DNA from: an uncultured Oscillospiraceae bacterium
GTDB taxonomy: Bacteria; Bacillota; Clostridia; Oscillospirales; Acutalibacteraceae
Reading direction: 5' to 3'
Assembly: GCA_900547305.1 (NCBI GenBank)
Contig: URGH01000002.1
Coordinates: forward strand, 8,829 to 72,828
DNA length: 64,000 nt
How positions within the stretch are numbered: the first letter of the stretch is position 1; every line of letters starts with the position of its first letter. The position numbers and the translations under genes were made by a program. Shown here piece after piece: positions 58,724 to 64,000 of the stretch. The notes under the pieces were generated by a model. It saw only the letters and a program-made list of their open reading frames with translations. It was not told the origin of the DNA and did no database searches.

Positions 58724-60817
58724 ATGAAATGCTTGGTATTGCACGAATCGCAGGGCAGACTGCGCGTGCATTTATGTATAAACAGAATGAGTCTTCATTC
58801 CGCCGATGTTCTGGAGTATTATCTGCGCGGGGTTGTGGGCATTTCCGACGTTAAGGTTTACGACCGCACATGTGACGCCGTGGTAGCATACAGCGGCGCG
58901 CGGGCGGACGTTATAAAGGCTTTTGCCGCGTTTTCACCCGCAAAAGCCGAAACCGAGGTGTCTATACCCGAGCACACTGCGCGGGCGCTCAACCGCGAGT
59001 TTGAGGATAAGCTGGTTTCGGCGGTTTTAAAACGATTTTCTTTAAAGCTGTTTTTGCCGCTGCCGCTGCGCTCGGCAATAGCGGTTTATCACTCGCTGCA
59101 CTATATAAAGGCAGGCTTACAGGCGCTTATAAAGGGCAGGCTTTCCGTATCGGTGCTTGACGCCACGGCGGTTACCGTATCGCTTTTGCGCCGTGATTTT
59201 GACACCGCCTCGTCCGTTATGTTTATGCTGCGACTGGGCGAGCTGCTTGAGGAATGGACGCATAAAAAGTCCGTTTCCGACCTCGCGGGCGCTATGTCGC
59301 TTAATGTAGACAAGGTTTGGCTTAAAACCGACGAACAGGAAATTCTGGTTTCAATAAACGATATTTCCGCGGGGGATAAAATAATAGTGCGCACGGGCAA
59401 TCTTATCCCGCTTGACGGCAAGGTGCTAGCGGGCGACGCTATGGTAAACCAGGCTTCAATGACGGGCGAATCGCTGCCGGTTAAAAAAAGCGCGGGCAGC
59501 TACGCATATGCCGGAACGGTTGTTGAAGAGGGCGAGTGCGTAATCTCGGTTGAAAAAACCATGGGCGGCGGGCGCTATGACCGCATTGTTCATATGATTG
59601 AAGAGTCGGAAAAGCTTAAATCCACCGCTGAAGATAAGGCTTCGCACTTAGCCGACAGGCTTGTACCCTACACCCTCGGCGGAACGGCGCTTACATATTT
59701 ATTAACGCGCAATGCCGTAAAGGCGCTTTCGGTGCTTATGGTGGATTTTTCCTGCGCATTAAAGCTTTCAATGCCCATAGCCGTAATATCCGCCATGCGC
59801 GAAAGCAATAAATACAACGTTTCGGTAAAGGGCGGCAGATTTTTAGAGGCGGTAGCAAAGGCTGATACAATTGTCTTTGATAAAACAGGCACGCTCACCT
59901 TTGCAACCCCGCGTGTTGCAAAAATCGTAACTTTCAGTGGACGGAATGAAAACGATATGCTGCGGCTTGCCGCCTGCCTTGAAGAGCATTACCCGCACTC
60001 GCTTGCAAACGCCGTTGTAGAAGAAGCGGCAAAACGCGGGCTTAACCACGAGGAATACCACTCAAATGTTGAATATGTGGTGGCTCACGGCATTTCAAGC
60101 ACGGTTGAGGGCAGAAAGGTAGTTATTGGCAGCTATCATTTCGTGTTTGAGGATGAGGGCTGCACCGTACCCGAGGACGAAAGAGATAAATTTGACGGTA
60201 TTTCGGATGAATACTCCCACCTTTACCTCGCCGTTTCGGGGGTTTTAAGGGCAGTTATATGCATTGCCGACCCGCTGCGCCCCGAGGCTGCCGCCGTTGT
60301 TTCGGCGCTGCATAAGGCGGGCATTAACAAGGTTGTAATGATGACGGGCGATAACGAAAAAACCGCCGCCGCAGTGGCGCGCGCCGTGGGTGTGGATGAA
60401 TACCGCGCCGAGGTTTTGCCCGAAGATAAGGCGGAGTTTATCCGCCGCGAAAAGGCGGCGGGGCACACCGTTATTATGATAGGCGACGGCGTAAACGATA
60501 CTCCCGCGCTTTCCGAGGCGGATGTGGGCATAGCCATAAATACGGGCGCCGCAATCGCCAAGGAAATTTCGGATATAACCGTTTCTTCAAACGATTTGTT
60601 CAAGCTTTTAAAGCTGCGCGAAATTTCGGCGGCGCTTATGTCCCGCATAAACAGAAACTACCGCTTTATTGTCGGGTTTAATTTTCTGCTTATAGTTTGC
60701 GGCGTTACGGGTGTAATTCAGCCTACAACCTCGGCGCTGCTGCACAATATGTCAACACTTGGCATAAGCATAAAAAGCATGACCGACCTGTTGCCCGAGG
60801 AAAACGGCAAAAATTAA
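58724..60817 (+). CDS. P1B-6-type (SCA motif) heavy-metal-type P-type ATPase lacking a CxxC metal-binding domain
   Basis: DKTGTLT, GDGVNDTPAL. The TM6 motif is FSCALKLSMP in place of CPC. The N-terminal HMA-like fold has no CxxC. Confidence 0.8.
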   Translation: MKCLVLHESQGRLRVHLCINRMSLHSADVLEYYLRGVVGISDVKVYDRTCDAVVAYSGARADVIKAFAAFSPAKAETEVSIPEHTARALNREFEDKLVSAVLKRFSLKLFLPLPLRSAIAVYHSLHYIKAGLQALIKGRLSVSVLDATAVTVSLLRRDFDTASSVMFMLRLGELLEEWTHKKSVSDLAGAMSLNVDKVWLKTDEQEILVSINDISAGDKIIVRTGNLIPLDGKVLAGDAMVNQASMTGESLPVKKSAGSYAYAGTVVEEGECVISVEKTMGGGRYDRIVHMIEESEKLKSTAEDKASHLADRLVPYTLGGTALTYLLTRNAVKALSVLMVDFSCALKLSMPIAVISAMRESNKYNVSVKGGRFLEAVAKADTIVFDKTGTLTFATPRVAKIVTFSGRNENDMLRLAACLEEHYPHSLANAVVEEAAKRGLNHEEYHSNVEYVVAHGISSTVEGRKVVIGSYHFVFEDEGCTVPEDERDKFDGISDEYSHLYLAVSGVLRAVICIADPLRPEAAAVVSALHKAGINKVVMMTGDNEKTAAAVARAVGVDEYRAEVLPEDKAEFIRREKAAGHTVIMIGDGVNDTPALSEADVGIAINTGAAIAKEISDITVSSNDLFKLLKLREISAALMSRINRNYRFIVGFNFLLIVCGVTGVIQPTTSALLHNMSTLGISIKSMTDLLPEENGKN

Positions 60818-60825
60818 AATAATTT

Positions 60826-60865
60826 TGCGGGCTGCCGATAAATTCTATCGGCAGCCCGTTATTAT
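60826..60865. terminator. Bidirectional terminator between the ATPase and cca
   Basis: GCGGGCTGCCGATA-aattc-TATCGGCAGCCCG. Confidence 0.6.
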
Positions 60866-60913
60866 TACCGTAAGACCTTTATTTTCCCCTGTTTTTCAAT
60901 CTGTAATCGAAGA

Positions 60914-62080
60914 TTAATTAATTTGTTCAAAGGTGATTGCCTCGGTCAGTCTCTTTTTCGTATTAAGCGTAGGGTCGTTTATTATAAGTCTTCGCAAGGC
61001 TTCAAGTGTATCCCCCACTTCCCTGCCGCTTATGCCGAGCTTTTTAAGGTCTTCGCCCCGTATTTTAAGGTCGGAGATTTTATAAGGCTCGGCGTTTTTT
61101 ATTATTTCCGATAGCATATTTCGCGCGTTTTCGCAGTTTTCACCGTAAGCCTCCTTATAATCGAAATAATTTTCGACCGATAGGGGCGAGGTTAAATAAA
61201 GCATTTCCTTAATTTCGGCTTTCGTGCTCGGAAACGGCATATTAAGAAGTGTAAGCATATCCCGCGCGGATTTTTTGGTTTTGTTCGGCACTCTCAAAAA
61301 GTCCAGCGCGGCTGTAACCTCCGCCCCGCCCGAATAAAGAAAGGCAAAGAGTTTTGTGTCAGCCGAACCTAAAAGCGGCAATGTGCCGTAATCGGGGGCA
61401 GTATTAAGCCCTAAAAAGCCAAGCCCGCCAATATCGGTCAGCGGTTTTAATGCGGCGGGGTTTTTGCCGCAAACGGTCTTTAAAAGCTCGGAATAAATTC
61501 GCTCGGCGCTCACGTTTTTTAGCGTGGGGGCGTACTCCAAGGCTGCTTTAAGGGTGCTTTCTTCAATATCAAACCCCAAAACCGAGGAAAAGCGGAAAAG
61601 CCGCAAAATTCTCAGCGCGTCCTCGCAAAATCTGCGCTCCGGCTCGCCCACTGCGCGAAGAATACGGTTCTTTATATCTTCTTTTCCGCCGAAAAAGTCC
61701 TTTAAGCCGTCCTTTTTATTATATGCCATTGCGTTTACGGTAAAATCGCGGCGGGCAAGGTCCTCGCGCAGGCTTTTTACGAAAATTACGCTGTCGGGGC
61801 GGCGGTGGTCGCGGTATTCGCCGTCGGTTCGGTAGGTAGTAACCTCGTTCGGCACACCGTTTATAATAACCGTAACCGTGCCGTGCTTTATGCCCGTGGG
61901 CACGGTTTTTTCAAATAGCGATATAACCGTTTCGGGCTCGGCTGAGGTGGTAATGTCAAAATCGTGCGGGGTATCGCCGTTCAGCATATCGCGCACGCAG
62001 CCGCCCACAGCATACGCCTCATAGCCGTTTTTTTGCAAGGTTTCAATAATATATTCGGTGTCGCTAGGTAAAAATAGCAT
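60914..62080 (-). CDS. cca: CCA-adding tRNA nucleotidyltransferase
   Basis: True start MLFLPSDTEY. GGCVRD...DFD polymerase-beta motif. Confidence 0.85.
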   Translation of the reverse strand: MLFLPSDTEYIIETLQKNGYEAYAVGGCVRDMLNGDTPHDFDITTSAEPETVISLFEKTVPTGIKHGTVTVIINGVPNEVTTYRTDGEYRDHRRPDSVIFVKSLREDLARRDFTVNAMAYNKKDGLKDFFGGKEDIKNRILRAVGEPERRFCEDALRILRLFRFSSVLGFDIEESTLKAALEYAPTLKNVSAERIYSELLKTVCGKNPAALKPLTDIGGLGFLGLNTAPDYGTLPLLGSADTKLFAFLYSGGAEVTAALDFLRVPNKTKKSARDMLTLLNMPFPSTKAEIKEMLYLTSPLSVENYFDYKEAYGENCENARNMLSEIIKNAEPYKISDLKIRGEDLKKLGISGREVGDTLEALRRLIINDPTLNTKKRLTEAITFEQIN

Positions 62081-62168
62081 AATTTTTATTTTCCTTTCAA
62101 AAAAGGGTTTATTTTTTTGCCGTTTAGCAATATAATAGTAAGTAATAATGTTTTTAAGGAGACCGATT

Positions 62169-63545
62169 ATGAAACAGCTTCGCGATGAGGATAAAATCAT
62201 AACACAGGTAAAGCATATTCATATGATAGGCATAGGCGGCAGCGGAATGTGCCCGCTTGCCGAAATACTGCACGGTAAGGGGTACATCCTTACGGGGTCG
62301 GATAATAACGAAAGCGACCCGTTAGCAAGAATTAAAAACCTCGGCATAAAGGTTTATATGGGGCACAGGGCTGAAAACATAAAGGGAGCGGAGCTTGTGG
62401 TGTACTCTGCGGCAATAGCAGCCGATAACCCCGAGCTTAAAGCTGCGCGCGAGCAGGGCATACCCACAATGGAGCGCTCGCATATGTTAGGCGCTTTGAC
62501 CCGTCACTTTGATAATGTTATAGGCGTATGCGGCACGCACGGCAAAACCACCGTTACCTCTATGATAACACAAATTTTAATTTTAAACAAGATGGATCCT
62601 ACCGCGGTTATAGGCGGAAAGCTGCCGCTTATAAATTCAAACGGTATTTCGGGCAAATCGGAAACAATGGTTTGCGAGTCCTGCGAGTTTGTTGATACCT
62701 TTTTGCAGCTCTCGCCCGATATTGCGGTGCTGCTTAATATTGATAACGACCACCTCGATTATTTCAAGACTATGGAGAATATGACCCTCTCTTTCCACAA
62801 GTTTTTGAAAATGGCAAAAACGGCGTATATAAACGGGGACGACAGCCGCGTTTTAACCGCCGCAAAGGATATTGAGGCGGATATTATTACCTTCGGCTTC
62901 GGCGCAGATAATTTTTACCGTGCCGAAAATATAGAAAGCCGCAAGCGCGGTTTCGCGTTTGACGTGATAAAGAATAATGAGAAGATAATAAATATTGAAA
63001 TGCATATACCGGGTAAGCACAATGTTTTAAACGGGCTTGCCGCGTTTGCCGTGTGCTTTGATATGGGCGTTTCGGCAAACGGAATTAAGAGCGCAATTGA
63101 AAAATTTACGGGCGCGGGCAGACGTTTTGAATTTTTGGGCGAGTACGACGGCTTTATGCTGGCGGACGATTACGCCCACCACCCGACCGAAATTAAAGCC
63201 ACCCTTTCCGCCGCAAAGGAGCTTGACTACAATAACGTTATAGCGGTATTTCAGCCTTTTACCTTTTCGCGCACCGCGCTTTTAAAGGACGATTTTATAA
63301 AGGCGCTCTCTATTGCCGATAAGGTAATATTAACCCCGATTATGGGTTCGCGCGAGAAAAACACCTACGGCATTAAAAGTGAGGATTTAGCGGCAGGGCT
63401 ACACGATGTCTGCGTAGTGGACGGGTTTGAAAATATAGCCGATAAAATTGAAGAAATTGCCCGCCCGGGGGACCTGGTTATTACAATGGGCGGCGGCGAT
63501 ATTTACAAGGCGGCGCACATTATACAAGGCAGGCACGCCGAATGA
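62169..63545 (+). CDS. murC: UDP-N-acetylmuramate--L-alanine ligase
   Basis: GIGGSGM P-loop. Mur ligase domains. AAGGAG RBS. Confidence 0.95.
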   Translation: MKQLRDEDKIITQVKHIHMIGIGGSGMCPLAEILHGKGYILTGSDNNESDPLARIKNLGIKVYMGHRAENIKGAELVVYSAAIAADNPELKAAREQGIPTMERSHMLGALTRHFDNVIGVCGTHGKTTVTSMITQILILNKMDPTAVIGGKLPLINSNGISGKSETMVCESCEFVDTFLQLSPDIAVLLNIDNDHLDYFKTMENMTLSFHKFLKMAKTAYINGDDSRVLTAAKDIEADIITFGFGADNFYRAENIESRKRGFAFDVIKNNEKIINIEMHIPGKHNVLNGLAAFAVCFDMGVSANGIKSAIEKFTGAGRRFEFLGEYDGFMLADDYAHHPTEIKATLSAAKELDYNNVIAVFQPFTFSRTALLKDDFIKALSIADKVILTPIMGSREKNTYGIKSEDLAAGLHDVCVVDGFENIADKIEEIARPGDLVITMGGGDIYKAAHIIQGRHAE

Positions 63546-64000
63546 CCGAAAAGCTATACGATAAGGACTCTCATTTAAAGGAATTTACTGGTACGGTATT
63601 ATCCTGCGAAAAAACGGGGGAAAAATATGCCGTAGCTTTAAACCGAACCGCGTTTTTCCCCGAGGGCGGCGGTCAGCAGAGCGACCGCGGATATATAGGC
63701 GACGCGTATATAGCGGACGTGCAGATAAAAAACGGCGAAATACTGCACTTTGCCGATAAGCCGCTGAGTGTGGGACAAGCATATGACTGTAAGCTGGATT
63801 TTGATTTTCGCTTTCGCAATATGCAGAACCACTCGGGCGAGCATATAATTTCGGGAATTGTGCACCGCATTTACGGCTTTAATAACGTCGGCTTTCATTT
63901 GGGAGCGGAAATGACAATGGACTTTGACGGCGAGCTTACAAGACGTCAGCTTGACGAAATTGAAGAACTTGCAAACAAAGCGGTGTATGAAAACCTGCCT
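63542..64000 (+). CDS. AlaX-like alanyl/threonyl-tRNA editing domain protein, 3'-partial (runs off the window)
   Basis: ATG overlaps the murC stop (ATGA). HSGEH zinc motif of the tRNA-synthetase second additional domain. Open to position 64000. Confidence 0.6.
   Translation, partial: MTEKLYDKDSHLKEFTGTVLSCEKTGEKYAVALNRTAFFPEGGGQQSDRGYIGDAYIADVQIKNGEILHFADKPLSVGQAYDCKLDFDFRFRNMQNHSGEHIISGIVHRIYGFNNVGFHLGAEMTMDFDGELTRRQLDEIEELANKAVYENLP

Overview
This 64 kb window is a chromosomal segment from a sporulating, anaerobic Firmicutes/Clostridia-type genome of roughly 50% GC. It is densely coded, mostly on the minus strand, and I found no transposase, integrase, CRISPR array or rRNA gene.

Landmarks, left to right:
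- **Glycan-utilisation locus (1..15.5 kb).** It contains a GH125-like exo-alpha-1,6-mannosidase, an 1148-aa anchored surface protein built from four LamG/DUF1080-like modules with an internal ~0.7 kb tandem duplication, and two extracellular solute-binding proteins. One of the binding proteins is 961 aa and carries a duplicated N-terminal beta-sandwich extension. Two ABC permeases, an NHL-propeller–Yip1 membrane fusion protein and a large secreted protein complete it. The secreted protein runs off the window start, begins at a GTG, and is absent from the supplied ORF track. No regulator gene sits inside the locus. An 18-bp inverted-repeat pair brackets its promoter.
- **mscL, a THUMP RNA methyltransferase, and the conserved yabO-yabP-yabQ-divIC-yabR sporulation/division cluster**, with hup and a SpoVB-like flippase.
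- **mtnN, a uridine-kinase-family protein, a HemZ-like radical-SAM protein, dtd, relA and recJ.**
- **The rnfCDGEAB operon.**
- **A YcxB-like gene interrupted by an in-frame TAA, then tsaE-tsaB-rpiB-upp.**
- **A 2 kb AT-rich mini-island between upp and thrS.** It is flanked by paralogous XRE regulators and holds a DUF4352 lipoprotein, a palindromic operator, a 114-aa protein and a 400-nt GC-rich, repeat-rich non-coding stretch.
- **thrS with a T-box leader.**
- **glyQS, a Na/Pi cotransporter, a TPP riboswitch upstream of thiT, rplM-rpsI and tRNA-Thr(CGU).**
- **An XRE regulator and a redox node.** The node is rex divergent from perR and a reverse rubrerythrin, with a PerR box upstream.
- **AraC divergent from a Gfo/Idh/MocA oxidoreductase, then lepA, an M15 peptidase, a CPBP protease and fhs.**
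- **A P1B-6-type ('SCA' motif) P-type ATPase** of unknown metal specificity, preceded by a small membrane protein and a structured leader.
- **cca, murC and a partial AlaX-like editing protein** at the window end.

Many supplied ORFs are over-extended at their 5' ends; where an internal ATG or GTG has a Shine-Dalgarno, I report that start instead. The locus I would put first for follow-up is the regulator-less glycan locus with its repeat-built surface protein and fused binding protein, followed by the XRE mini-island and the P1B-6 ATPase pair.
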